A DNA stretch of 63,774 nucleotides, filler included, from Candidatus Methanoxibalbensis ujae (GTDB lineage: Archaea > Halobacteriota > Syntropharchaeia > Alkanophagales > Methanospirareceae), in assembly GCA_026134085.1 (NCBI GenBank). It is 4 parts of 4 records of this genome, joined end to end, with 100 filler letters (N's around TTAATTAATTAA, not from the genome) between each part and the next. Parts side by side here need not be neighbours in the genome. Positions count along the whole stretch, not along the records: positions 1 to 28,911 come from JAOQIN010000022.1; 3 more parts are not named here. One strand, 5' to 3'. Below are positions 11,085 to 21,900 of this stretch, one piece after another (the first letter of the stretch is position 1; each line of letters begins with the position of its first letter). The notes under the pieces were generated by a model. The model was not told where the DNA came from and did no database searches. It was given only the letters and a program-made list of their open reading frames with translations. Both the position numbers and the translations under genes were made by a program.

Positions 11085-11477
11085 ATGGCCATGAAAGTAT
11101 CCGCGAAATTCTGGAGGGAGCAGGATGCGAGATACAATCTTGAAGGGACGAGATGCCTGAACTGCGGCTCGTATTTCTTTCCTCCTCGTTCCGTGTGTCC
11201 CAGGTGCAGAAGAAAGGGTAAGATCGAGCGATACCGATTCTCGGGAACGGGAAGAGTTCTGACATACAGCGTCGTTCATCAACCGAATGCATGCCTCCGT
11301 TCTCCATATATCATCGCAATTATTGAGCTTGATGAGGGGGTTAAAGTGCTTTCTGAAGTGATTTGCGGCGAGGATGAGATAAAAACTGATCTTCGTGTGA
11401 AAGCGGTCTTCAGAAAGCTCGGCGAAGATGGGGAGAAGGGCATCATATACTACGGCACGAAATTTGTGCCTGCATAG
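11085..11477 (+). CDS. DUF35-type Zn-ribbon/OB-fold protein
   Basis: RCLNCG..FFPPRSVCPRC Zn ribbon, OB fold, IIYYGTKF C-terminus. Confidence 0.88.
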   Translation: MAMKVSAKFWREQDARYNLEGTRCLNCGSYFFPPRSVCPRCRRKGKIERYRFSGTGRVLTYSVVHQPNACLRSPYIIAIIELDEGVKVLSEVICGEDEIKTDLRVKAVFRKLGEDGEKGIIYYGTKFVPA

Positions 11478-11683
11478 CTTGTGCCTGCATAGCACATCGC
11501 CGTCCGCTGAGCTCGCCGAGGTGCACCGGCGCACCAGGCATCGGGCATCAGGCATCATTAACTCATCCGGGCGTAAGGCAGAGATGAGAGCAGCAAGTGT
11601 GTTATGTGTGCATCTTATATGTGCGAGAAGGTGCAAGGGAAAGAAGGCAAAGGAGCATTGCGCATGAGGAGGTGTGAAGAAGG

Positions 11684-12646
11684 ATGTTAAGTGTGAATGA
11701 GTATGGAGTGGAAGTATTTGAGGAGATGATGGATCTCGCTGAGGAATTGAATGTGGAAGTTGTTGAATTGGACGGCGGAACGACAGTTATAGATGCCGGG
11801 GTGAACGCGAAAGGAGGATTTGAAGCGGGACTTTTCATTGCGAGAATTTGTATGGCTGACCTCGCCGAGATAAGATTTGCGAGTTACAACATAGATGACA
11901 TCTCGCTGCCTGCTGTTGAAGTGACAACCGATCATCCTGTCATCGCATGCATGGCTTCGCAGTATGCGGGATGGCGCGTGAAGGTGGGCAAGTTCTTCGG
12001 CATGGGTTCAGGACCGGCCCGTGCACTCTCAAGGAAGCCTCCTGAGCTGTATGAGAAAATAGGATATATGGATGATGCTGAAGAAGCGGTCCTGGTGCTT
12101 GAGACGAGCAGCATTCCTGATGATGCAGTCGCTTCAAAGATAGCAGAGGCGTGCATGGTTGAGCCAGACAGCCTGTATCTCGTGGTGGCACCAACAGCAT
12201 CAGTCGCAGGGCTCGTTCAGATCGCTGCAAGAGGCGTTGAAACAGGCGTTCACAAGTTTGAATCCATAGGGTTTGACATTAACACAATAAAACACGGACA
12301 CGGCATAGTGCCAGTATCGCCTGTTGTCGGCGACGATGTGAAGTGCATGGGCACCTCAAATGACTGCATCATATATGGAGGGCGCATGTATTACGCGGTT
12401 GAATACGAGAACATTGATGAGTTGAAGGAATATGTGCGGAAAGTTCCCTCAATCAATTCCAGAGATTACGGCAGACCTTTCTACATCACATTCAAGGAGG
12501 CGGGATTTGACTTCTTCAAGGTTGATGCGGCGATGTTCGCACCTGCTGAAGTTACAGTGAACGAGTTGAGAAGTGGAAAGGTTCTCAAGAGCGGAAGCGT
12601 GAATAAAGAGGTGCTCCTGCAGTCAATCGGTGCTGAAACTCCGTGA
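11684..12646 (+). CDS. mch: Methenyltetrahydromethanopterin cyclohydrolase
   Basis: MLSVNE, IDAGVNAKGGFEAG, ACMASQYAGW, MGSGPARAL, FDFFKVD..FAPA. Confidence 0.96.
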   Translation: MLSVNEYGVEVFEEMMDLAEELNVEVVELDGGTTVIDAGVNAKGGFEAGLFIARICMADLAEIRFASYNIDDISLPAVEVTTDHPVIACMASQYAGWRVKVGKFFGMGSGPARALSRKPPELYEKIGYMDDAEEAVLVLETSSIPDDAVASKIAEACMVEPDSLYLVVAPTASVAGLVQIAARGVETGVHKFESIGFDINTIKHGHGIVPVSPVVGDDVKCMGTSNDCIIYGGRMYYAVEYENIDELKEYVRKVPSINSRDYGRPFYITFKEAGFDFFKVDAAMFAPAEVTVNELRSGKVLKSGSVNKEVLLQSIGAETP

Positions 12647-12667
12647 CCCTCCGGTGCAACGCAGCAA

Positions 12668-13384
12668 TCAACAACGCCTATCAACAGCGAGGATTTCCCT
12701 GCCCGCGCAGTTTTCAATGAAGTTCTCACCGTAAGCACGTTTCAGCAGAGCAGTGGCGATCTCGCCCGTGCAGTGGCAGGGAGCCACTTTTCTCACACCC
12801 ATCCTTCTGAATGCCTGTGTGACATCTTTGAAACCGAGATGAAAGCCCCCCATCGCAATTGCTATCTCATCGTTGAACCGCTCCTTCACGAATCGCAGTA
12901 TATTGACGATGCCGGGATGTGCGCAGCCAGTTATAACGATCAATCCCTCCTCCGTTTTCAAAACAAGCGACTGTTCCTTTGTCCAGGTGCCAAGCTCGCC
13001 CGTGGAAAACACATCCTTCATTATCTCAACAGGCTCCCTCGGTTGAATTTCAACAACATATGACAGTTCATGCAGCTTCTCCTTTAATTCGCTTGAGAAT
13101 GATGTCGGTATGAACACGCGAATTCCGGAATTCCTCTTCAGAAGCGCAAATACACCACCAATATGATCCCAGTGCTCATGCGACAGGATGAGAACCTCTA
13201 TTTTTGAGATGTCAACACCAAGCGCACGCATGTTGAACATCAGCGTCGAACCATCACCGCCCGTATCAAACATCACACGCCTGTCAATCACGCATGCAAA
13301 TCCCCACGCAGCCTTCAGTCGCTCATCACAGGCCCTGTTGTCATAAACTGTCAGTATCCTCATCTTCATCACTACCCATCTCAC
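12668..13384 (-). CDS. MBL-fold metallo-hydrolase
   Basis: [34 protein letters not shown]. Confidence 0.9.
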   Translation of the reverse strand: MRWVVMKMRILTVYDNRACDERLKAAWGFACVIDRRVMFDTGGDGSTLMFNMRALGVDISKIEVLILSHEHWDHIGGVFALLKRNSGIRVFIPTSFSSELKEKLHELSYVVEIQPREPVEIMKDVFSTGELGTWTKEQSLVLKTEEGLIVITGCAHPGIVNILRFVKERFNDEIAIAMGGFHLGFKDVTQAFRRMGVRKVAPCHCTGEIATALLKRAYGENFIENCAGREILAVDRRC

Positions 13385-13519
13385 ATTTGTCTCACATCAC
13401 ATTAAAACAATCACTATCCCCATGCGCCTCCATGCGCCTCCGCACAGCAGCAGATTGCATATCACGCCATGCTAAAGCAGGAATTGTGTGTATGTGTGTG
13501 TGGGTGGGTGGTGATTGCT

Positions 13520-13963
13520 CTCATACTATTTCACAAATAGCAAATAAATTGAGATATCTGTTCGCAGGAACTGCTAACAAAAGTGAGTTGCTGATGAGAT
13601 ATTTCACATACGGGGACGGCGGCGCTGACATACTTCCGTTGAGCAATCTATACAAAACAGAAGTGCGAAGATTGAATTCCTCGGAATTCCCGTAGGATAT
13701 TGAGGAAGAAGCATTGAGGAAGAAGCCTTCAGCAGGTCTCTGGAGAGGTCAGACAGTCTGAAATAGGAATGTCTTATGATGACCTGGACAGAATTTTGAA
13801 AGCCATTGAATCCCGGAATTTCACAAATTGCAACATGGAAGAAGTGGAGAAAGTGAAGAAAATGATTAAAGCAAAGCACAAGACTCAAAAACTGCCAGTT
13901 TTCCTGTGTGAAAATTGTGGGTTGAGCGACCAAGTTGAGCGACTAATTGAGAATGAAAGTTGA
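13520..13963 (+). pseudogene. nadE: Truncated, frameshifted NH3-dependent NAD+ synthetase fragment
   Basis: Pieces [34 protein letters not shown] / KKPSAGLWRGQT / GMSYDDLDRIL lie in different frames; N-terminal half absent. Confidence 0.8.
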
Positions 13964-14020
13964 GAATAAAAATTCAGTTGAGAATAAAGATTCAACACTC
14001 ACATAATCTGAGATTTTTAA

Positions 14021-15281
14021 CTTTTTCGGCGGGAAGTCCCCTTGCGAGAGGGAGGGGATGAGAGCCGATAAGTATTTATACTTAGAAATATGTGGAGAAA
14101 TATGTGGACATGAAAACGATGCTCAGCTATAAGTTCCGCATATACCCATCAAAAACTATTCAGCAAAAGCTCAACGAGCAGATTGAGCTGTGTAAGTGGC
14201 TATATTACTCTCAGAGCTGAACAAAGCAAAGGATGAATGTGGAAAGCTGAAACCCAAAGATACTCAGGCTCTCATCGTAAAGCTAAAGCAAGAAGAAAAT
14301 CCTGAACTGAACAAAGTTTACGCTAAAGTCTTACAGATGGTGAACTATCAGCTCTGGTCAAACATTAAGGCTTTGGCTGAGCTCAAGCAGAATGGGAAGA
14401 AAGTTGGCAAGCTCCGCTACAAAACAGGCAATTCGTTCAAAACCCTCAACTTCAACCAATCAGGATTCGGGATTGATTTTGAGAACAAGAAACTCATCCT
14501 CTCGAAGATTGGTTCCATTCCCATCAAGCTCCATCGTCCCGTAGAAGGAAAGATTAAAGGTGTGATAGTGAAGAGGGAAAGAAGCGGTAGGTGGTATGCA
14601 ATCGTGCAGGTAGAGAATAATGCTAAGCAATTACCTCCAACTGGGAAAACGGTAGGAATAGATGTCGGCATTAGGCATTTTCTCACCGATTCTGATGGAA
14701 GACATGTTGAAAATCCAAGATTTTACGAGAGGACGCTGAAGAGTATAAAAATCCTGCAAAAAAAATCCTGCAAAAAAATCTCTCAAGAAAACAAAAAGGC
14801 TCAAAGAATAGGGAGAAAGCAAGAATAAGGCTTGCCAAAGCCTATGAGAAATTAGTAAACCAACGCAACGATTTTCTCCATAAACTTTCTCGTTTTTATG
14901 TGGATAACTACGATTTGATCATGGTTGAAGACTTAAAGATAATATGGTTAGGAATCACCGCCTCGCCCAGAAGATACTTGACGCCTCTTGGAGTAAATTC
15001 CTTCAAATGCTCTCCTACAAGGCTGAGAGGGCTGGTAGGAGAGTTGTGAAGGTTTCTCAGAGAGGCACTTCACAAGAGAATGAGGAGAAAATAAAGGATA
15101 GAGATTATAGAGCCGCTGTAAACTAAATAGGGGTTTATCGGGGCTGGGACGGCCCTCTGAGCCTGTGGAGGGGAGACCTATACTCCGTATCTCCGCTTTT
15201 GCGGTGGTAACGGGGCAAGTCTCCTCTGAGAAGCAGGAACCTCCCCTCGCTGTATGCCCCTCAGTGAGGGGAGGAGGTCAC
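14021..15281 (+). mobile_element. tnpB: IS200/IS605-family (IS1341-like) element with frameshifted tnpB and no tnpA
   Basis: MLSYKFRIYP start at about 14110; VGIDVGIRHFLTDSDG (RuvC-I), VED (RuvC-II), DRDY..AVN (RuvC-III) across several frameshifts; hairpin-rich left end at about 14028-14067 and right end ending GGTCAC at 15281. Confidence 0.85.
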
Positions 15282-15451
15282 CAGACTCTATGAGCATAAC
15301 TGCACAACATTAGTTTATTCTGATGGCAAAAAGCATGCGGACTTTGCAAATTTTTTTATTTATATTCTCTATTTGAAAAGCAAAACTATTAAAAAAGCTT
15401 GCAGATTTTTTCATTTATTTTTTCTCAGTATGTCTCACGCCTTAGTATGTC

Positions 15452-16096
15452 TCACGCCGCCTCATAAAGCAAGATACTGCTCATGATATCGCTCAAAATA
15501 ATGGCACATCCTGCAAGAAGAGGGATTGAGAGGTTGTCATCAACATAAAAAAGCGGTGTTCTCAAAGGAAAAGTGTCTGCGATTGTGGCACCTGTTGCGC
15601 CCGATAACGCCATAATGAGCGATGACGGGTGGTTGATTGCGCAGAAAAATATGTAGCACGATGCGAAAGATGTGAGGAACATGGCGGATGCGACAGGAAA
15701 TGGTTTCACAGAGGGCCTGCGAGGAGTATCGGGATGCTTTGCAGTCAGCATTATTCCAGAAACAGCATCTCCCGTTGAGAGCATAAGGACTGATGCAGTT
15801 GCAATCTCCCTCGGAAATATCAGAAAGCAGATGAACGCGCCGAGAAAAAAGAAAAAATATCCACCGACCCTTCTTCGTTCGTAATCACGAAGCATTGGCA
15901 ATTTAAGCACATCATGCAACCTCAGCCACTCAAGAAGGCACAGAAATACGATAAAATATGCAAATCCATACATAAAGAATGCGTGAAATTCCTCAGGAAC
16001 GAAAAAGCCGAACATTGAGATTTGTAAGCCGCCGAGCAAATGAACAGATTTTCTCTCAATTTCCCTCCTGAAACTGATCATCTGCTTCTCCGCCAT
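15452..16096 (-). CDS. Polyprenol/diacylglycerol kinase family (dolichol/phytol kinase-like) membrane protein
   Basis: REIERKSVHL, GDAVSGI, VDDNLSIPL motifs; multiple TM helices. Confidence 0.8.
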   Translation of the reverse strand: MAEKQMISFRREIERKSVHLLGGLQISMFGFFVPEEFHAFFMYGFAYFIVFLCLLEWLRLHDVLKLPMLRDYERRRVGGYFFFFLGAFICFLIFPREIATASVLMLSTGDAVSGIMLTAKHPDTPRRPSVKPFPVASAMFLTSFASCYIFFCAINHPSSLIMALSGATGATIADTFPLRTPLFYVDDNLSIPLLAGCAIILSDIMSSILLYEAA

Positions 16097-16149
16097 GTTC
16101 CTTTCCTCACCGTTATGGTATTGAAACAACACAGCGCAGCCACAGAGGA

Positions 16150-16683
16150 TCAAAGTATATTTCGGATGACAGCTGCTGGCAATCTGTCTCTGTTTGAGAT
16201 TGTGACTTCAAACATTTTAAATGTCTTTTTTATGTTGCGCACGAGTGCGTGATTTGACCTCAAATGAACTGTCACTATCATACATTTACCGCTTTTCACA
16301 GAATCTTCAACAGCATTGACAAAAGCATCTGATTTCAACTCCATCGGTCCGATCTCATCAATGATTATAACATCCGCATTATCTATGGCATTTCTTATTG
16401 CTTTCACACCTATATGCTCCAATTCAGCGATATTGACGCCGTATTTTCCAACCTTTGGCTTTCCTTTTATTTCAATATGTGCGAGAATCCCTCTGTCACC
16501 TGTGCTTATGTCCTCAACAATGAATCCCACACGCATTTTGTTTTTTCGCAGCTCTTCAGTGAGAATGCCACCTGCCGATATGCGCTCATCTCTCAGAGAT
16601 TTAAGCACTTTCCTCACGACTGTTGACTTCCCTATGCCGGGTTTTCCGGTTATTCCTATTCTGACACCCCTGCACATTCCCAT
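16150..16683 (-). CDS. Nucleoside-triphosphatase, THEP1/NTPCR family
   Basis: ITGKPGIGKST, RVGF, VGKYGV, IIIDEIGPMEL. Confidence 0.92.
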   Translation of the reverse strand: MGMCRGVRIGITGKPGIGKSTVVRKVLKSLRDERISAGGILTEELRKNKMRVGFIVEDISTGDRGILAHIEIKGKPKVGKYGVNIAELEHIGVKAIRNAIDNADVIIIDEIGPMELKSDAFVNAVEDSVKSGKCMIVTVHLRSNHALVRNIKKTFKMFEVTISNRDRLPAAVIRNIL

Positions 16684-16740
16684 GACATAATTATCATACG
16701 CTCATTTTTTATTCTCAGCGTGCACTCTCAGCGTGCACTC

Positions 16741-17865
16741 TCAGCGTGCGTGCTTCAGCGAGCGGGCAACATGTGAGGGCAACATGTGAACGCCGACTAT
16801 CATGGGATAAGCGCCGAACTGAAGATTTTCAGTGCCATAATCTGTATAAGTCAGGCCGATAGCGAGATAAACAATGTTTTTTCTGAGCATTCTGAGCATT
16901 CTCCACCTGTAAGTCCACCTGTGTTTCTCTCTCATTTCATTCCATATTTTGTAAAATTCAGCACATCTGCATGGCCATTTCCGATATATGCTGCCTGAAG
17001 TGTCCTGAAATGTCATGTGGATGTATATTTCGTGGCTTTTTTCTCCTGCTTCATCAGTTTTCTCATCTGTTTTCCCGGGTGTTTTGTTTTTGATTTTGTT
17101 TTTGATTTTGATTTTGATTTTGTCTTTGATTTTGTTTTTGTCTCTGTCTTTGTTTCCGTTTCTGTCTCTGTCTCTGTCATTTTTTGATGATGTCAATCGC
17201 TTCTCATGTATTCGCAATATTCTTTTTGCCTTTATCAATCCAAGTGTTCTGCCGGATTCAAATGCGGATTTCACTGATTTATCAGCGATTTTCTCAAGAA
17301 ACTCAAAACTCTCGTGCTCATCAAGCTCTCTGACTGTTCCCTCGCTGTGGATAAGGAAGCGATCTTCCTTCCGTGGTCTGCGACCCCTCCATGCATCCAC
17401 ATAGATTCTGCTGACACATAGGTTTCTGAATTTGTGATTTTCAATCTCGTTGAGATAAATGCTCTGTGGTCGCAGCCAGTTACCATCGCGGTCAACGCCT
17501 GCAACACATACTTTACCCTTCTCAGGGCGTGCGATCGCGAGCACCGTCATATGAACAGGATTCCATGAGCGCAATGCGCGGATTTCCGCCCCTTTTTCTA
17601 TGGTGATGCGAGAGCCGTGCGCTACTTTAAGCCTTCGCAGCCCTCGCACGAAGGTGCCGCGTGGGAGATATGCGTTCTCTATATTGAGGACATCACCGAT
17701 CCCCACCTCATCCAGAACAAACTCCGCATGCTTTCCGAAGAAAGATACGCGCATGTATTCATGCTCATCCGCAACAATTGCATCAACAACAGCAGCATCT
17801 TCACCTCCTGACGGGATAATTCGCAGCACTTTACCTCTGATCCTCAATTCTTCAAACACCCCCAA
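16741..17865 (-). CDS. Hypothetical protein with N-terminal RPA-like OB fold and a further OB-like region carrying a low-complexity K/D/N insert
   Basis: N-terminus 'IRGKVLRI...IVADE...VSFFG...IGDVLNIENAY' resembles RPA OB folds; 'VCVAGVD.DGNWLRP' motif. Confidence 0.6.
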   Translation of the reverse strand: MGVFEELRIRGKVLRIIPSGGEDAAVVDAIVADEHEYMRVSFFGKHAEFVLDEVGIGDVLNIENAYLPRGTFVRGLRRLKVAHGSRITIEKGAEIRALRSWNPVHMTVLAIARPEKGKVCVAGVDRDGNWLRPQSIYLNEIENHKFRNLCVSRIYVDAWRGRRPRKEDRFLIHSEGTVRELDEHESFEFLEKIADKSVKSAFESGRTLGLIKAKRILRIHEKRLTSSKNDRDRDRNGNKDRDKNKIKDKIKIKIKNKIKNKTPGKTDEKTDEAGEKSHEIYIHMTFQDTSGSIYRKWPCRCAEFYKIWNEMREKHRWTYRWRMLRMLRKNIVYLAIGLTYTDYGTENLQFGAYPMIVGVHMLPSHVARSLKHAR

Positions 17866-17897
17866 CGCTATATATTGAGAGGCACATAAAGAAGGGG

Positions 17898-18458
17898 ATG
17901 CGTGTTCCTGAGGAGCATCGGAAATCCGCGGCGAAACAGCACTTCAAGTTCGCCATACTCACAATAAGCACATCAAAGGCTGAGAAGGCACGCCATTGTG
18001 ATCGGCACACGCTCCGCGCCACGGAGATCGCCACAGAGATCGGTGATGTTTCAGGCGAAACAGCAATTAAACTGCTGAAAAGCAGGGGGCATGATATCGT
18101 GATGTATGATGTGCTGCCTGACGATGCTGAGAAAATAAGAGCATCTGTGATGCGCGCACTGAGCAGCGATGCCGATGTCATCATAACAACAGGCGGCACA
18201 GGTCTTGCAAGAAAGGATGTGACGATTGAATCAGTTTCTGATATGATTGATAAGGAGATCACAGGATTTGGAGAGATATTCAGGATGAAAAGCTATGAGA
18301 AAATAGGAAATGCAGCAATTTTAAGCAGATCAATTGCAGGAGTTATAAATAATAAACTCATATTCTGCCTGCCAGGCTCTCCAGATGCTGTTGAACTTGC
18401 AATGAATGAGATAATACTTGATGAGTTACCTCATATAATGAGGCATGTGCGTGAGTGA
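17898..18458 (+). CDS. moaB: Molybdenum cofactor biosynthesis protein B
   Basis: AILTISTS, DVSG, TTGGTGLARKDVTIE, FCLPGSPDAV. Confidence 0.92.
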   Translation: MRVPEEHRKSAAKQHFKFAILTISTSKAEKARHCDRHTLRATEIATEIGDVSGETAIKLLKSRGHDIVMYDVLPDDAEKIRASVMRALSSDADVIITTGGTGLARKDVTIESVSDMIDKEITGFGEIFRMKSYEKIGNAAILSRSIAGVINNKLIFCLPGSPDAVELAMNEIILDELPHIMRHVRE

Positions 18459-18470
18459 AAGAATGAAAGT

Positions 18471-18830
18471 TCAGAATCTGAAGAGAAATCGCTTCAAATC
18501 AACCCTGCCGTTGATGACTTCAACCCCCTCCTCCCGCAGAAGTCTTTCCTTAATGAGGCTGCCCTCCTCACCCATGCCGCTGTATCCGCCGCTGTATCCG
18601 CCCATCCTGCCATCGCTGCGCACGACTCGGTGACAGGGCACATCTTTTCTTCTGTTCCTCTTCAACGCCTGACCGACCGCACGCGCATATTTTGGACTGC
18701 CAAACTTCTTCGCAATCTCACCGTATGTGCTGACTTTCCCCCGCGGTATCATTTTCACGATCTCGTAAACCGCACTGTCAAAGTTCCTGTTATTTTTCCT
18801 TTTCATGTTCAAACATATAAGAGCGGGCAA
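18471..18830 (-). CDS. Methylated-DNA-protein-cysteine methyltransferase (MGMT family, C-terminal domain only)
   Basis: IPRGKVSTYGEIA, ARAVGQAL, active-site VPCHRVV. Confidence 0.88.
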   Translation of the reverse strand: MPALICLNMKRKNNRNFDSAVYEIVKMIPRGKVSTYGEIAKKFGSPKYARAVGQALKRNRRKDVPCHRVVRSDGRMGGYSGGYSGMGEEGSLIKERLLREEGVEVINGRVDLKRFLFRF

Positions 18831-18966
18831 AAAACGACTCCTGCTGAAAGCGCGATGGAAGAGCTTCGCAGAATGGTGAAAGGCGTCCTTAAGGCAAGCT
18901 CAAACAGCTCTCTGAAGAGAAGTGAAGAGAAGTGAGGAGAAGTGAAGGAAGGGGGGAGGAGATGCC

Positions 18967-19848
18967 ATGAAGAAGAAAATAATTTTGGGGACGAGAGGCA
19001 GTGAGTTGGCGTTGAAACAGGCGGAGAAGGTTGTTGAAGCGCTTGTTGATGCGTTTAATGTTGAAGTTGAAGTGAAGACTGTGAGGAGTTTTGGAGACAT
19101 CATGCAGGATATACCGCTGTATGACATGCCGACTAAGGGAGTATTTGTGAAGAAGTTGGATGCTCTCCTTATTTATCGCAAGATAGACATGGCAGTGCAC
19201 AGCATGAAGGACATTCCGCTTGAGCGACCTTCTTCCCTTGAGACTGCTGCTGTTCTTCCGAGGGACTCGCCTTATGATTCACTGATTTCCCGTGATGTTG
19301 AAGATCTGCCGTCAGGTGCGGTTGTGGGGACCTCAAGTGTCAGGCGTCGCCTGCAGATCATGCACAGTTTCCCCTCTGTTCATGTGAGGGACATCCGTGG
19401 AAATGTGGACACGCGCCTGCGGAAATTGCGAAGTGGCGAATATGATGCGATCATTCTTGCTGAAGCCGGCATACAGCGCCTGGGCATTGAGGTGGATGGG
19501 AAGCGTTTGTGCGGCGAGCCATTCGTGCCAGCGCCAAATCAGGGCATAATTGCGGTGGTTGCCCGCTCTCACAGCGCTGAAAGCGAGATGCTCCGTGAGA
19601 TAGATGATGCCAAAACGAGATTGGAGGCGGAGGTGGAGGAGGAAGTTCTTCGCATTCTCGGAGGCGGCTGCGCAGTGCCCGTCGGCGTCCTCGCAAAAGC
19701 AGGAAAAAGCCACATAGAACTGGAGGTCTATGTGGGCATCTCGCCCGAGAAATATGTATATAGAAGGACAAAGGTGACAGGAACTGATCTGAATGAAGTG
19801 CGTGAATTTGCGATAAATGTGAAGAGAATGAGGGAGGAGATGAGTTGA
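18967..19848 (+). CDS. hemC: Hydroxymethylbilane synthase
   Basis: GTRGSELALKQ, AVHSMKDIP, VGTSSVRR, IRGNVDTRLRKL, GGGCAVPVG. Confidence 0.96.
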   Translation: MKKKIILGTRGSELALKQAEKVVEALVDAFNVEVEVKTVRSFGDIMQDIPLYDMPTKGVFVKKLDALLIYRKIDMAVHSMKDIPLERPSSLETAAVLPRDSPYDSLISRDVEDLPSGAVVGTSSVRRRLQIMHSFPSVHVRDIRGNVDTRLRKLRSGEYDAIILAEAGIQRLGIEVDGKRLCGEPFVPAPNQGIIAVVARSHSAESEMLREIDDAKTRLEAEVEEEVLRILGGGCAVPVGVLAKAGKSHIELEVYVGISPEKYVYRRTKVTGTDLNEVREFAINVKRMREEMS

Positions 19849-19900
19849 GAGTTGACGCGCGTGCCGGTTGAAAACTTCACGTATAAAATGAACGAGGTAT

Positions 19901-21022
19901 GTGATGAAGCGCAATCCCGAAATATGTATTTCAGGATTTATCTTGTATGGAGATGATTTTGAGGTAATCCGCGGACATGTTGTTGTGCGAGATGGCATTA
20001 TAAGAGAAGTTTCTTGCGATGCGAAATGCGAGGTGAGGAGCATTGTCATTCCTGCCTTCATCAATGCGCACACGCACATCGCAGATTCTGTCGCGAAGGA
20101 GCCTCCCGAAATGCCTCTTTCCGATTTGGTGGGTCCCGGAGGTTTAAAGCATCGCATCCTGTCAGAAACGCCATATGAGGTTATTGAGGACGCCATGCGA
20201 GATACAATTAAAGACATTTTCAGCACTGGCACCCTCATCTTCGCGGACTTCAGGGAGGGCGGAGTTCGGGGAGTTCTCTCTCTCATAAAAGCCGGATCTC
20301 TGTCAGGGGTCCCTGTTAAGCCCAGGATCCTCGGAAGACCTTTGAGCGAAGAGGATGTTGATGCGATATTTGAACTTGCTGACGGCGTGGGAATGAGCAG
20401 TGTCGCGGATCATCCTCGTGATTTAATTGAGTTTGTCGCCGAAGAGGCGAGAAAACGCCAGAAAATATTCGCGATTCACGCGGGCGAGCGAAATTCTGAT
20501 GATATCAGCTGTGCTTTGGATCTGCATCCCTCTTTCATAGTGCATCTGGTCCACGCATCACATTCACATTTTAAAAGAATGCAGGATGAGGGAATTTCCG
20601 CAGTTATATGTGTGCGTTCCAATCTTGTGACGGGTGTTGGTCTGCCACCTTTGAAGGAAATGCTCAATGCCTCCTTAAATGTATGCATAGGCACGGACAA
20701 TGTCATGCTGAACAATGTTGATATATTCAGAGAAATGGAGTTCGTATCAAAAATATTCAGGATAGATGATCGTGAAGTGCTTAAAATGTGCACTCTGAAC
20801 CCTGCTGCTTTTTTAAGTGATGAGAAGTGGGGCATTGAGGAATGCAGAAAGGCAAACCTGATTGTTCTCCGATTATCGCCAAACTTGCGATTTTTGAGCG
20901 AGAGAAATCTGGTCAGAGGAATTGTGCGAAGAGCATCAAGGGAAGACATCGCCTCCGTTATCTGCGGCACTTGCTGCGTTTCGCATGAGATGAGAGAGCT
21001 GAGAAAGAGAAATATGAGATGA
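19901..21022 (+). CDS. Amidohydrolase-superfamily metal-dependent deaminase
   Basis: PAFINAHTHIADS, IHAGE, VHLVH, IGTDN motifs. Confidence 0.88.
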   Translation: MMKRNPEICISGFILYGDDFEVIRGHVVVRDGIIREVSCDAKCEVRSIVIPAFINAHTHIADSVAKEPPEMPLSDLVGPGGLKHRILSETPYEVIEDAMRDTIKDIFSTGTLIFADFREGGVRGVLSLIKAGSLSGVPVKPRILGRPLSEEDVDAIFELADGVGMSSVADHPRDLIEFVAEEARKRQKIFAIHAGERNSDDISCALDLHPSFIVHLVHASHSHFKRMQDEGISAVICVRSNLVTGVGLPPLKEMLNASLNVCIGTDNVMLNNVDIFREMEFVSKIFRIDDREVLKMCTLNPAAFLSDEKWGIEECRKANLIVLRLSPNLRFLSERNLVRGIVRRASREDIASVICGTCCVSHEMRELRKRNMR

Positions 21023-21033
21023 GAGAGCAGATG

Positions 21034-21900
21034 GTGAACTGAGTGGCTTCTCCCCTCGCACATCGCTAATCGTACACTGCACGGGAGTCTGGGGCTGTTT
21101 CACATCAGCCCTTCTCATCAGCATGTAGCCGAGGAGCCTTATATTCACGCTACCGTTCGAGTCACGATTGTATTCCAATACACAATCCCTGCATCTGAAC
21201 ATCCTCTTTCCAACTACCGTGTTCGTTGAACAACATCTCCATCATGTGATGGCTTCATTCACAGTATTGGTGTTTCAGCCCACAGAGCCTTGTATGTGAG
21301 CATGTGCTTTAAAGGGCATTGTGTGCACCTTGCGGTTGTTCTTTCTGCACCTCGCTTTACCCTTAACACTTTTTCTGACTTTTACCAAATACTATGGATT
21401 GCCCTGTGCAAAACGTCCGCTACCTTCCTCTTTGTGCTCCACGTGCTCTTTGATCCATTTCAAAGCGTGCTTAATCTTCTTTCTTCCCACCGATTTCTTG
21501 ACCCAGTTGTAGTGTTATTGCCCTTACTTCTCCGCCAAGAAATCTCTTTTTCTTTTTCTTTGCACTCCAAAACCCCATAACTCCACAGATAGGGTTTGCT
21601 TCTGTCGATTGCTATCACCACGCTTCTCTCACTAACGGTAAATGAGGGAGGAGCTCACAAAACGTGATCAGAAGTTTCAAAATTAACGAAGTCAATTTCC
21701 CTCCGGTAAATGCAAGTAGAAATCACGCCTAAAAAGCTCAGATTCACAAATCTCAACGTCATCTGGTGTATCTTGATGGGGCTCAATAGCAACTCAAACA
21801 CCGCCTCTCCTTCCCGATACTGGTATGCGAGCTCAGCACTTGGCGATTTTGGTATCTCTTTTCCTTTTATCTGCGAAGGGTACTCCTTTTTTTAATTCGC
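21034..21900 (-). pseudogene. tnpB: Heavily degraded IS200/IS605-family tnpB remnant
   Basis: Minus-strand fragments MFRCRDC.LEYNRDSNGSVNI (Zn finger plus RuvC-III), LTYKAL and NNRKVHTMPF; ends in GTTCAC as IS605 right ends do; many stops. Confidence 0.7.
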
